64,000 nucleotides of DNA from Dimorphilus gyrociliatus (GCA_904063045.1 CAJFCJ010000006.1:3674408-3738407); one strand, 5' to 3'. Counted from the stretch's first letter, positions 24,370 to 36,600 are shown. Notes: generated from the letters alone by a model not told the origin. Numbers and translations: made by a program.

Positions 24370-26880
24370 ATGGAAAACGGTGACGAAAAGGTAGGTAATT
24401 ACAAAAAAGAGATGTGTTTAATTGACTAACTAGGTATAACATAGGAGCTTTATGCTAACCTATTTCTAATTTTCATTAAGGCAAAGGTTAACTCTGATAT
24501 ACCCTCGGAAGAAGAAGATATTGCGGTTAGAAACCGAGGAGTATGGCGGAGCAAAATAGATTTTTTTATGGCATTGTTAGGATCATCTTTATGCTTTGGT
24601 TCAGTTTGGAGATTCGGTTACAATTGCTATAAAAATGGCGGAGGAGCTTTTATTGTTCCCTATTTTATATTTTTAGTGGGGGCAGGAATACCTACAGTTT
24701 TCATGGAGATGCTAATCGGTCAATACAGTAGTCAGGGAATACTATCCGTTTGGAATGTTGTTCCACTATTCAAAGGAATAGGCATAGGTTTCATTCTAGT
24801 TGCGTTCTTTTTATCAACATGGTACGGAATAAATATGTCTTGGACAATTCTTTATTTGACTCAGTCGGCCAAACAATCGCCCAATTTTATTAGCTGCTGT
24901 AATGATTGGAATTCGAAGAGTGAGTAGAGATGGTCTCTCATATGATTTATAATAAAATAATTAATCTTTTTCTTTATTAATACAAATATAAAAAAAGAGA
25001 AAGATTGCTATCTATACCTCTATTTCAAAAGATTTTGGGTGTAGACTTCCTTTTTAAGTTCCTATACCTTTCAAATTCATAAAGATCATAGATTCTCTTT
25101 TTCTAGTGTATAATTTCAAATAATTAAATATTATTTCATACTTAACAGAATGCTGTGAATCGCAAATAATGATTCAGAATTGCAGTACTAATTTATCATT
25201 GTCGGTACTTGTTAAAGAATGTACAATTTGTTTGAAATCATGCAATATTAATAGAACAAATGCAAGCCTTATTGGTAATTTGAAAACACCTTATCAAGAA
25301 TATTTCGAGTAAAAGTCTTTTAATTTATGCATGTTGATACACTTGGCCTTTTAATGTGAAAAAAAAAACAAAAAATATTCTAAAGTCGATTCTTTTTTTT
25401 TCTTTTTATAGAAACGAAGTACTCAGATCGTTTAGGTCATTTTACATGAAAGATGATTGGTACCTCCTACTTTTTCTTGTTGTAATATGGTTGCTCATAT
25501 TCCTAACTTTATTAGGTGGTGTACGAGTTTTTGGAAGGGTATGTTATTATGTTCTTTTCTTTTTGTCATTTTTAATTAGCTCTTTAACTAGTTCTTCATT
25601 TTAGATTATGTGCTTTACAACATCGGTAATCTATATTTCAATTTTCGGGTTTTTAATAAGGATTCTATTATTCGATGGAGCTGAAGTTGGCCTAAAAACT
25701 TTCTTAAGAGCCGAATGGTCAAAAATTGGCACTGTATCGGCTTGGTTTGATGCAGCTCAACAAGCTATTTTTACTTTGGGACCTTGTATGGGAAGTATGG
25801 TTACACTGTCCAGTCATAATAGATTTACTGATAATTCATATAGAGTTATCGGTATGATGACAATATGCATTGTTCTAACATCTTTTTTTACCGGAGTTAT
25901 TACATTTGGTTTATCGGGTTATTTGGCACATATGAGAGAGTCGCCCATTGCATTAATCTTATCTGAATCAGACTCCTCTTTCGTAAGAATACCCGAAGCA
26001 TTGTATGGTATTTCTTCATCGAAATTTTGGCTAATATTTTTCTACGTTAATGTATTTTTTAATTTTTTCAATGGAACTTCGGTTCTTGTCCACACTGTAT
26101 ATACTTCGATTGCTGATGAATTGAGTTTTATACAGCGTCGACTGAGAATCGCAATTCTAGCAACAATCTGCTTTACAGCAGCCTCTCTGGGCTGTATCAC
26201 AATAACAAGACAAGGCAGCTTTATGACAGCAATTATGGAGAATTATATAAATGGAACGTCTATTGCTCTACTCGGTTTCTTGGAAGTTGCTTCAATCTCT
26301 TTCTTCTATGGAGTGAATAAATTAAAATCAAACGTTACTATAATGATGGGATACAAACCTGGAAATTGGTGGCGAACCTTTTGGCAAATAATAGCTCCAT
26401 TTAGTTTTATTGTAGCTATTTCTCTTATTCAAATATCCATTCTTAATTATAATTATTTAATCTATTACCAGTTTATTTTCATCTATTCATCAGTTGACCC
26501 TTTCTACGAGGGTAGAAAGTTCTATTATAACCTACCAAGCAGCGGTAAAATTTTATTGGTCTGCCTCCATATTCTGACTCTTCTTCCATTGATTTTTTAT
26601 ATGATTTATTGTCTTGTAAGAAAAACACGAGGAACTTTTCGAGAAGTGAATAGCACATTACCCCTTTTTTTTACTTTTAGTTTGTCGTTTTTTTTCATGC
26701 TTTTTACCGCAGAGATTGAAGATTGCATTAAAACCGACAAAGAATTGGATTCCAGTATGGGATATCAGCGAATTACTGGTTGGCCCAATGCCAGACTATA
26801 TTAAATCCGAACAGGAAGAATTGAAATTTAAGTTGATTTTACCAAGAAGAAAAAGTTCTTTATTATCGAATTCTTCCGAG
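24370..26880 (+). CDS. SLC6 unit 1 (N-terminal, degenerate ion/substrate sites)
   Basis: [77 protein letters not shown]: an SLC6 fold with 12 TM and an uninterrupted frame. Confidence 0.9.
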
Positions 26881-29800
26881 GTTTGCATCTTTTTTTTTAT
26901 TCTCTAATTAATCTAAACTTCTTCTGTTTTCAATTTTTCTAATCTGTAGAGTGTTTCTTCGGTTACTAGCGGTTTGCCTCCTATGAGAGATGACGGTCAA
27001 TGTGGAGAAGATATTGACACATGGTCTGTCGATTGGGAGGATGATGAGAACAAGCGTAGGGGTAATTGGGGTGGTAGGTGGGAATTTTTCCTATCGGGAA
27101 TAGGTTATTGTGTGGGTATTGGTAATGTCTGGAGGTTTCCCTATCTTGTCTATAAAAATGGAGGCGGTATAGTTGATTTAAGCTTAGGTTCTTTTCCAAA
27201 TCAAAAAGATCTCTTATGTTTTTTGCAGGAGCTTTCCTACTAACTTACGTCTTAATTCTAATATTTTGCGGTCTACCCATTTTCTATATGGAATTGATTC
27301 TTGGTCAATTCTCTAGTCTTGGTCCATTGACAGTATGGAGATTTTGCCCACTTTTTAAGGGGACTGGGTACGCAACCATAATCACTTTAACCCTAGTCTG
27401 CATCTACTATAACGTTATTAACGCTTGGTCTATCTTTTACCTCTTCGCTTCATTTACAAGAGGAGAATTACCTTGGCGTTCTTGCAAAAATTCCTTTAAT
27501 TCATTAAGTAAGTGTATGCTAGGAAGAGAACAATAGAAGAAAAGATAATCTGTAAAATTGTGGAATTTTTTCCAGATTGTGTCGAAAGTTTATTAACTAG
27601 GAAAGTTTGTAATCAAACGTTTAATGATACATCTTATCCAATTGATTGTTTTCCTTATCAAAATACGACCAATTCATCTATTAAATTCTCTACTGCGGCT
27701 GAAGAATACTTCTTGTAAGATTTAACTTGCTTCTAATGCTTAATCAATAATTGTAATTATACTTTGATATAACACAGCCGATACGTGCTAAATAAATCTG
27801 ATGGGATAGAAGATGTGGGTAGTATTGAATGGAGATTGGCATTGTGCTTGGGATTTTGCTGGTTTTTAGTTGCTTTAATACTATTAAAAGGTGTAAAAAG
27901 CGCTGGAAAAGTTGTCTACGTGACGGTTATTTTTCCACTCGTTATTTTAATTATCATTTGTATAAGATTTACAACACTTGGATCCGATGCCTACCTGAAA
28001 GGTTTAAGATATTACATTACTCCTAAATGGGAACGCCTTTCAGATGCACAAGTTTGGAGTGACGCCGCAGCACAGCTGTTCCTTTCTTTAGGTTTATGTA
28101 TCGGGGGCGTTATGTCAATGGCAAGTTACAATCGCTTTCATTACGATTGCTTAAAAGACGCCTATCTTATCTGCTTACTTGATCTAATAACTAGTCTTTT
28201 CTCTGGATTTGTTATGTTTTCAATTTTGGGTATTATGGCGGAGAAATTGTCTTTGCCAATCAGCGAAATTATCACCTCGAAATTCTCTTTAATTTTTATT
28301 GTTTGTCCAGAGGCATTGTCTGATCTTCCGTCGTCAAATGCCTGGTCCGCTTTATTCTATTTCATGTTAATTTGTTTAGCTGTTGACTCTCAATTTCTTA
28401 TGGTTCATTCCCTTGCAACTGCTGTTGTAGATGAATTCGAAAATCTGTTAAGAAAGAGACAAGTATACGTTGTAATGAGCATTTGTTTTATTTTATATCT
28501 GTTAGGCCTACCATTCTGTACTCGAAGCGGTTTCTACATGGTATATTTACTGGATTCATATGTTGTTAGTTGGTCTGTTGTATTAATTGGAGTCATTACC
28601 TGTATTGCTGTAAGTTGGATCTACAAAATGAAACTTTGGTCCTCTAATATTAGAGTAATGCTTGGTTCTGAGCCATCATTCTTTTGGAAAATTCAATGGT
28701 GGTTTACAGCACCAATTATACTAACTGTAAGTTGAAAGCCAGATTAAATTGGTTTATTTTTTATGCATACGTTTTCCTTTGATTTAGACTATTATGATCT
28801 TTGCGTGGGTTAAATACGAAGAGCCAACGGTTAATGCTTACTCATATCCACGTTGGGCAATAGGTATATCACTTTTACTGGGCTTACAACCGATGGCAGT
28901 TACAGTTGTAGGATTCTTTGTCCAAATATTAGGACGGTCAGAAGGATTTAAAGAGGTGAATAAAGTCGTTGAATTGTTAAATACCCAGAAATTTCTACTT
29001 TTTCCATAAATAATACATTAGGGTATTAGAGGAGCTCTAAAACCTAGTTCGAATTGGGGACCAGCACTTGCCAAATTTCGTCAAGTATGCGTTCTACCAT
29101 CAACGAACTCCACTATCGACTCATTAGATAGGACAGCTATGTGGGTCAAAGGTAATTGATTTACAATAAATAAACGAAAAAAATTGCGTGGGGTGTCGTC
29201 TATTTTTACTGTTTTTACAAGCCTATTTAGAAGTTTTAATCGCTTTTATAAATTTTTTATTACTCCTATTAAAGTAAGCTTTTCCCCAGGAATTTCTTCA
29301 GTTTTCGTTTCTGAACCCTTAAGCAACAAAGTACCTGATAAATCATTACATTTAAATGACTCGAAGCAAAAAGGACCACTCTACGATCATTTGGGAAATC
29401 CGCTGGCCAGATCGAAAAATAACTCATCGGCAAGCCTTTTACCCAGAGTTGTCAGCTTTAAAATAAATAAGCAGAGATTGTTACCTGGGAAGACATCTCC
29501 TAGTATAAGCACGGCTTCGGATGATGGATTTACAAGAGTTGTCTTTGACTTGGACTCTCCAATTGTCACTCCAAGAAGAGTGAATTCTCTAAGTAATTAT
29601 CTAGTTTTCAATAATTCATAATGTATTATCTAGATTCTTAATAAATAAAAATATAAATAGGAGAAAGATCGGTGAGAAAGGAAAGGAAAAGACGCCGAAG
29701 CAGAATGAGAATTATTGAAGAGAACGTTAAATTTGCAAGAGATAAAGCGACACAAACTGAAAACGGGGCGGAAACTTCTTCAATATCTAGTCGGCAAAGT

Positions 29801-29938
29801 CCAGAGGGTAGTGATACACCAACACATCCACTTAACAATTATAGGGTTTTGGAACCTCGAATAAGAATAATAGAGAATGGAGGATTCGATAATAAAGCCT
29901 TTCAGAAAGACGAGACACCTGTAGAAACCAAACTTTGA
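24370..29938 (+). CDS. Fused double SLC6 (neurotransmitter:sodium symporter) transporter, predicted 15 exons, ~1452 aa, 24 TM
   Basis: Exons 24370-24390, 24481-24919, 25149-25308, 25412-25538, 25605-26411, 26472-26645, 26713-26880, 26950-27166, 27229-27507, 27576-27714, 27778-28726, 28788-28955, 29022-29151, 29290-29592 and 29661-29938 are all GT-AG and phase-compatible (sum 4359 nt). There is no stop between the two SLC6 units when intron 26881-26949 is spliced. The protein ends ...PVETKL*. Confidence 0.75.
26950..29938 (+). CDS. SLC6 unit 2 (C-terminal, amino-acid-transporter type) with long cytoplasmic tail
   Basis: [101 protein letters not shown]. Confidence 0.93.
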
Positions 29939-30003
29939 CTACAATACTGCCTATATATACAGTATATATATAGCTTCTATATAAACACATCGATAATGTA
30001 AAA

Positions 30004-30010
<7 letters not shown>

Positions 30011-30048
<38 letters not shown>
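30011..30048. repeat. (TA)n microsatellite
   Basis: Direct reading. Confidence 0.9.
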
Positions 30049-30051
<3 letters not shown>

Positions 30052-30632
30052 TTATATATATATATATATGAAGACGCATTTTTTTTTAAAAAAAAAGTCC
30101 TATAAAAAAATGTAATTACATTTTTCTGATTTAGCGTAAAGGTATCTTTGCTAAATTTACCTTTTTAGCTTGTATTCATCTGTTTAGAGGTCAAATAATG
30201 AATACATGAAAGCATAAACATATATTTGCATATACCTTGCAATTGCATTTGAACCTGTTACTCTCTATCCCTTTCTCTCTTTATCTATGTTTACCATATT
30301 TTGAACACCTTTAGTATGTTATAAATACGTATATGTTTATTTATTATATATAAAATCATATATATAAAGTATATATATAAAGTATATATATATATATATA
30401 TATAAACAAAAGGTTATACAAAATGTGCACCACAACGAACATAATGCTGATTTTATTTGATAGAATAAAAAGATGAGAACAACAATAATAATTTTATGTT
30501 TTTTTATATTTTCGGAGAAAGTTTTCCATTGTCTTTATCATCGTTTTCTTTGGAAAAAAATTTTCTTTTGTTTCTTTTTTTTTTTAAAAAAAAAATTAAA
30601 AAGAATTTTATTTAAATCTTAGCACATAATTT

Positions 30633-32450
30633 TTAAACGGCGGGTGTTATAGTTACAGTTCTGTTTCCATTTTGTTTATGATCGTGATTTCTCACTGCTC
30701 CGTGTCGATTAATCTGAACTTTGCGTTTTCTAGATCCATATTTATACCAGTATATCACTGCCAGTATAACGACAATTACAGCAAGAACGGGTACTATAAC
30801 GCCAATAACTATACCGGCTATGTTTCTTCCAGATTCTTCGCCGCTCCCTGAGCCTACGACGAAAGGAGAGCGAGTGATATTCGAAGTTACTATGTCCGTG
30901 TCAGCTGTAGTTGTCATGACCGTTGGACAAGCCTCCGATTTTAAACTTGAATTTTTGAAAGCGTTACCCGCGTCGTTCTTGGCTATGCACCGGAATAGCA
31001 GCAATGTACTGCAACCAGTTTTTACCACACCCTTGTAGTTTGCACTCCCTTTAAACAAGACTGTTATGTTCGCTAGAGGGCTTATTTGTACCGAGATATC
31101 TGGGAGAGGATCTCCGAAGCCCGTACAAAAGAATTCAATGCCATTTAGTATTTGTTCTATAGTAAAAATTTCAATTTTAGGCACAATGCATTTCAATTCG
31201 TGACGCCTTGACAATAATTCGAAATTTGACGGAGTAGAACAAACGCCAATTTTAAATCTCCTCCTCTGTCTTAAATCAATAGATAAAAGATAATCTTTTA
31301 ACCATTGAAGTTGGCAATTACAATGCAGTTTATTATTAGTTATATCCAATTCTCCTTTGTATAACTTTAAATAATGTTGATAAGTAATTGGGACAGATCT
31401 TATAAAATTGTTCCTTAATAACAAACGTCTTAATAATCTATTGACGTCGAATAATGCAAAATCGAAAAATTCAATCTGATTGTTTGATAGTTCGATTATT
31501 GTTAGATTCTTGTTGTGTTTGAATGTTGTCGACTGAATACCAGTAATGGCGTTATATTGTAGGTCAATAGCACCTAAATTACGACCAAATTTAAAATCGT
31601 TATCTCTTATCTCTCTAATGGAATTTTTCTGTAGACCAATAAATTGAAGAGATTCTGACTGATATCTATTAGAAATTTCTGTAAGACCAATATTATTGAG
31701 GAGTAAGTCCTTAATTCCAGTAACTCGATAGAGAACATTCCAAGCTCTATCTGATATCTCATTATCACTTAAATCCATTCTCCCCTCAGACATCTCTAAT
31801 CCATATAGAAATTCAATGTCCTTGAAATGGTTACCTTTTAAGGAGAGCTCTGAGAGAGATGTTCCAGTAAAAAAGCCCAAGGGCATATTTAAGGGTTTCG
31901 TATTGTAATTAATGTGCACAACTTTTAACGAAGCCTTTAAATTATCAATAAGCTTTCGTTGTAAACGTTCGATAGATAATTGGTTGGCATATAAAGACGT
32001 CAAATTTCCATCAAAAGCCAATGGATTTAAATCTTTTAATAAATTCCGTGATATAGAAAATAAATTCAAATCCAAACCTTTTAATAAATAATTAGGCAAG
32101 CTGGAAATCTTGTTATCAGCCAAGTACAACTTTTTCAAATTATATAGACCGTGAAAAGAGGTTGAGCTTAATTTTTCTATTTTACAATTGCTTAGGTCCA
32201 GCTGTTTTATTGAATTATAGGTAGAAAATTGATTGTTACCAATCTCCTTAATTTGGTTTCCATTCAGTAGTAAAGTCCTAATACCGTCCGGTATATTTAA
32301 AGGTACAGTAGTTAAATTCCTATAGGAACAATCAACAACAAATCCACTGCAATTGCATAATATAGGACAGCACGTTGCAAAACCCATCAACTCTACAAAG
32401 AGTAGCACGTCGATAATAGCCAGGAGATGGAAGTTTAAGAGATCTTTCAT
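30633..32450 (-). CDS. LRR + Ig-like type I membrane protein (LIG-type), single exon (the ORF opens at 32516; the signal peptide fits Met at 32450)
   Basis: MKDLLNFHLLAIIDVLLFVELMGFATC signal peptide, LRRNT CPILCNC...VDCS, LxxLxLxxNxI repeats, LRRCT NKLHCNCQLQWL, Ig-like CTGFGDPLP...RCIAKNDAG, TM IAGIVIGVIVPVLAVIVVILAVIYW, and a short tail. Confidence 0.9.
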   Translation of the reverse strand: MKDLLNFHLLAIIDVLLFVELMGFATCCPILCNCSGFVVDCSYRNLTTVPLNIPDGIRTLLLNGNQIKEIGNNQFSTYNSIKQLDLSNCKIEKLSSTSFHGLYNLKKLYLADNKISSLPNYLLKGLDLNLFSISRNLLKDLNPLAFDGNLTSLYANQLSIERLQRKLIDNLKASLKVVHINYNTKPLNMPLGFFTGTSLSELSLKGNHFKDIEFLYGLEMSEGRMDLSDNEISDRAWNVLYRVTGIKDLLLNNIGLTEISNRYQSESLQFIGLQKNSIREIRDNDFKFGRNLGAIDLQYNAITGIQSTTFKHNKNLTIIELSNNQIEFFDFALFDVNRLLRRLLLRNNFIRSVPITYQHYLKLYKGELDITNNKLHCNCQLQWLKDYLLSIDLRQRRRFKIGVCSTPSNFELLSRRHELKCIVPKIEIFTIEQILNGIEFFCTGFGDPLPDISVQISPLANITVLFKGSANYKGVVKTGCSTLLLFRCIAKNDAGNAFKNSSLKSEACPTVMTTTADTDIVTSNITRSPFVVGSGSGEESGRNIAGIVIGVIVPVLAVIVVILAVIYWYKYGSRKRKVQINRHGAVRNHDHKQNGNRTVTITPAV

Positions 32451-33666
32451 TGCATTCTTTCTTCTCCGAGACTTTCCTGTATCGCGTATCGAGTACACAC
32501 TATTAATGCTACACATATTGATTTCAGCCTATATAACCTATTCTTTCATCCCTATACATTTTTACGAGATGCTAATCACGTTTTAGCATGCCAAACATAA
32601 AGAAAATCTCCTATATCATTTTATCGTTCATTATACATAGATATATTTTAAGTTGGAAGTAAAAAAAAATCATTAACCTATAAAAATTAATATTTACTTA
32701 TCTAAAAAAAAGAAAAAACAAACTTGACAAACTTCTTTATATACAGTAAAAAAAAATTTTTTTAAATGTATTGGAAGAAGAAGAAGAAGAAAAAGAAGAA
32801 GGAGAGTAGGTGTAATAAAAAAGTATAAATAAACAATTCTACTTTTTGAATGAATTGTTCAAAAACAACGGATAGTACTATATATTAATATTTTAAGAAT
32901 AGTACGTAGAGAGGTATACATGTATATAACTGTTCTTATATATATAAATCATTGTATAAATATAAGCAACTTTGCAGCTATTGATTGATATTTAAAAAAC
33001 AAATCACAGTTATAACAAAAAGTGTTAAAAATTGAGAGAAAATTTCTTTATATATGCACCTTAGAGATCTTTAATAAATCCTATATATATTAAGAATCTA
33101 TGTATAAACATGTATCATACTACACCTGAAAAATCACGCTCTGTAGCATCTCCCAGGAATGTAGCGTTTTCTGCTACGTCACATCGATGACTAATAACCA
33201 GGTAAGTCCGTGCACAGTAGGAGAAAACAGTTATGCATACATGGGGCTTGATTATAGTCTTGTCTATGCGGCAGAGAGAAATAGAATTGCTGACTCTTTA
33301 ATATATTAAATTCTTAATAAAACTCTATTTATATATATTTATTACGTAAAATGCACCAAATGTGGTTATACGCTTAAATTAAGTATAAATAGTTCACATC
33401 TGTTTTCTTTTTTTTAATACTTTATACCTTCATCTTACTCTTTTCCCCTATATAGTTTTTTTTATAATATTTGCAGTTTTTTTTTCTACACAACTATATA
33501 CAACGGTCTTCTTTGTTTTCCTCTCCCCTCTTCCATCATTATTCATGTATCTTTTGTTTATATAATGCAACTTTCAAAAATTGTATTTATTTACCGTATA
33601 ATAATGAAATATAAGAATAAAAAATATAAAAAAAAAACAAAGTAATTCTAAAAGATTATACTTTCT

Positions 33667-36600
33667 TTATTCCATCTGAAGCTTTCGAAATTTTTTAGCA
33701 ATTTTCCAATTTCTAATAGCAAACGCTGCTAGTATAATAATAAAAAGGCAGATAAGCGAGAGTCCTACAGCTAAGTAGATTGTTGAATAGTCTGTTGAAT
33801 CTCCAGTAGAGTTAAGAGATTGTTTTTGAGGTGATGTAGTCTTTATTGATGTTTGTGTAGTTCGAGTCTGAGGGTCTTCGGTACTCTTGGATCGAATATT
33901 AATGATCTTAGTTTTACTAATGATTCCCGTACCGTTGGTAGGATTGGAAATGTCGCATCTTATAATTAGTCTTATTGTATTTTCGGTGTATTCGTAAGAG
34001 ACGAGCGCAGCTCCTCTACTCTCCGAAGAAGTCTTTCTTGTTCCAGAATAGCCTTCATCTTCTATACTGATTCGCGCACTATTTGAACAAATATCCCCAT
34101 TTCCACAGGAGACATCTACTCTCTCATCGTCCATAGTATAATTGAAGGAAATAATATCTCTAGGTGAACAGTTAAACCCTTCTCTAGGCATTTCATTCAA
34201 TAACCTTACTTGATCAATCTGAATAAGACAATACGGTGCGCTTATATTCTCATTACCGTATGACCACTCATAAAACCAAGCAACGTTGCAATCGCAGGTA
34301 AAAATATTTTCATTCAAATCAAAATATTTCATTGCAGGCCATATTTCTCCTATAGGTTGATTTGGCTTTGGTATAGTTTTTAACAAGTTTGAATTAAGGA
34401 ATAAACTTCTCAGCCTACTTCCAAAACCAGTAATGATATTTGCATCAAAAACAGAGATCTTATTAGAACTGAGTATAAGTACTTCCAGATTGGGAAATTT
34501 TTTTGAAATATTCAATTGATTTAGATGGGTAATTGAATTTTCTTTTAAATTCAAGTGAAGAATTTTAGGCATACTGGGCAATTGATCAATACTTATTAAT
34601 TTTGAATTGGTAATATTACAATATCGTAAAAAAGTCCAATCCATTTGTGGATGTAGTGGTAAACTTTCAAAATGATTATGATTTATTATAACATCAGTTG
34701 TTCTCACTCCATCTAGGAATTTTAGTTGAGATATTTCAGTATTAGACATATCTAATCTTTCCATTGCTTGTAATGTTGAAAAATCTAAACTATGCTGTAA
34801 TTTTGCCATAGGTATTGAATTAATGGCTAGATGACTGACATTCAAATGCATAACTACTTCTGACGGATCCCAATCAGATAATTTTCTGTTGTTACTGAGG
34901 AATAAATTCCTCATTGTTGAATTGGAAAATACACTATGATGAAGAGATTTCAACTGTAATGAACGAAGGTCAACGGTTATTAAGTGGAGACCTCTTACAA
35001 AATTTCTAGGCAGTTCTTGAATACCATTTGTAGACATTGAAATGTACTGTAGTTCGCGATTGTTTAAGAATATACCTTCCGGAATTGATTGAAGTTCATC
35101 GTTGTTCCAAATACTAATAGATTTTAGATTTCTCATCTTTGAAAAAGTATTTTTATGTAATGTTTTTAAATTACAATTCGAAAGTAGAATTTCCTCAAAA
35201 TTATCATATCCTTGAAATGATGAAGAGTCTAATACTTCCAAATTACCTTTATTAATAAACAACTTTGTAAATTGTGAATTAGCTGATAGTTTTGGTATTT
35301 CCATAATATTTTCATCGCTAGCTGGACAAGTAATACTTTGATCTCGACAATTACAGATTGTTGGACAATCTTCGTTTAGCGATGCTAGGGCTGGCGTATC
35401 GTCATCTGAAGGATTGCCAATATAGAAGGATATTTGATTAGAATTATCAGTTCTAATTGAGAATTGCTCATCGACTATTGTAAATTCTTGACTTTTGTTT
35501 TTGGAAGTAAATAGTTGTAAAGTTAATTTTTCGTTTAAATTACTTTTACACGTTAAAGAAACTTTGGAATTTCCCTTTTCAATAATTGTTACTTTTATTT
35601 TTGTTAGACTTTCTTCGATAGATGGCGCTTTAGTGCTTGTTGAAACGGCATTGGTAAGTGTAGTAGAGATGGGGGAGGCGCTAGTGGTTGACTCAGTGGA
35701 TTTTTTTGGTTCTTGAGACGACTCATTGTCACCCCTTGACGAAGAAGGCATTTGTGTAGTTGTCCATTGTAAACTGGATTTTTTCGTTTTACTTGACTCA
35801 CTTGTTACTTTAGTCGATCTTTCCTCTGTTACTTTCATTGTTCCTGCTGTGGTTGTGGCTTTTGTTGTTGTTGTTGTTGACAATGACGGTGACGTTGTTC
35901 TTGGTTCGGTATGATGTTCTGAAAGAGTAGAACTACCCTTTGATGATCTCCTAGTAGTTTTTGATTCTTGAGACGACTTATTGTCACCTCTTGACGAAGA
36001 AGGCATTTGTGTAGTTGTCCATTGTAAACTGGATTTTTTCGTTTTACTTGAATCACTTGTTACTTTTGTCGATCTGTCCTCTGTTACTTTCATTGTTGCT
36101 GCTGTAGTTGTGGCTTTTGTTGTTGCTGTTGTTGTTGCTGCTGTTGTTGTTTTTGACAATGACGGTGACGTTGTTCTTGGTTCGGTATGATGTTCTGAAA
36201 GAGTAGAACTACCCTTTGATGATCTCCTAGTAGTTTCAACGTTAACTGTAGTCTTAAAATTATCCATTGTTGAACTACTTTCAGGGAGAGGGGTAGTGGA
36301 CGGTGATGGGGTTAGGGTGGTTTTACTAAATGATTTAGTATTCACAACAGTTTTAGAGGTAGATGGAGTCGTCTCAAACTCTTTTGTTGGATTTGAGGAA
36401 GCTTTTAGAGTGGTTGGCTTGGTAGTACTTGATTTTCTGGTCATAGTTGTAGGAGTTGGCTGAGATCTTGTGATACCGAGTAGAGAAGTTAAGGTAATTA
36501 CAGCATCTACTGTATCCTTTTCGTTCCGAGCAACACAATAAGCGATCAAGTCTGAATGGACGCTGTTATCCCTTGTGTAAACGACTGATAATCTATTTCG

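Noticed and set aside
25608-26804. 398-aa ORF whose end ([19 protein letters not shown]...) looks like the C-terminus of a stand-alone SLC6
   Set aside because: The ORF reads through introns 26412-26471 and 26646-26712. The spliced frame gives the canonical GTFRE|RLKIALKP instead.
35495-36190. Several plus- and minus-strand ORFs with repeated MSPLDEEGICVVVHC...
   Set aside because: These are antisense or alternative-frame shadows of the mucin-stalk duplication.
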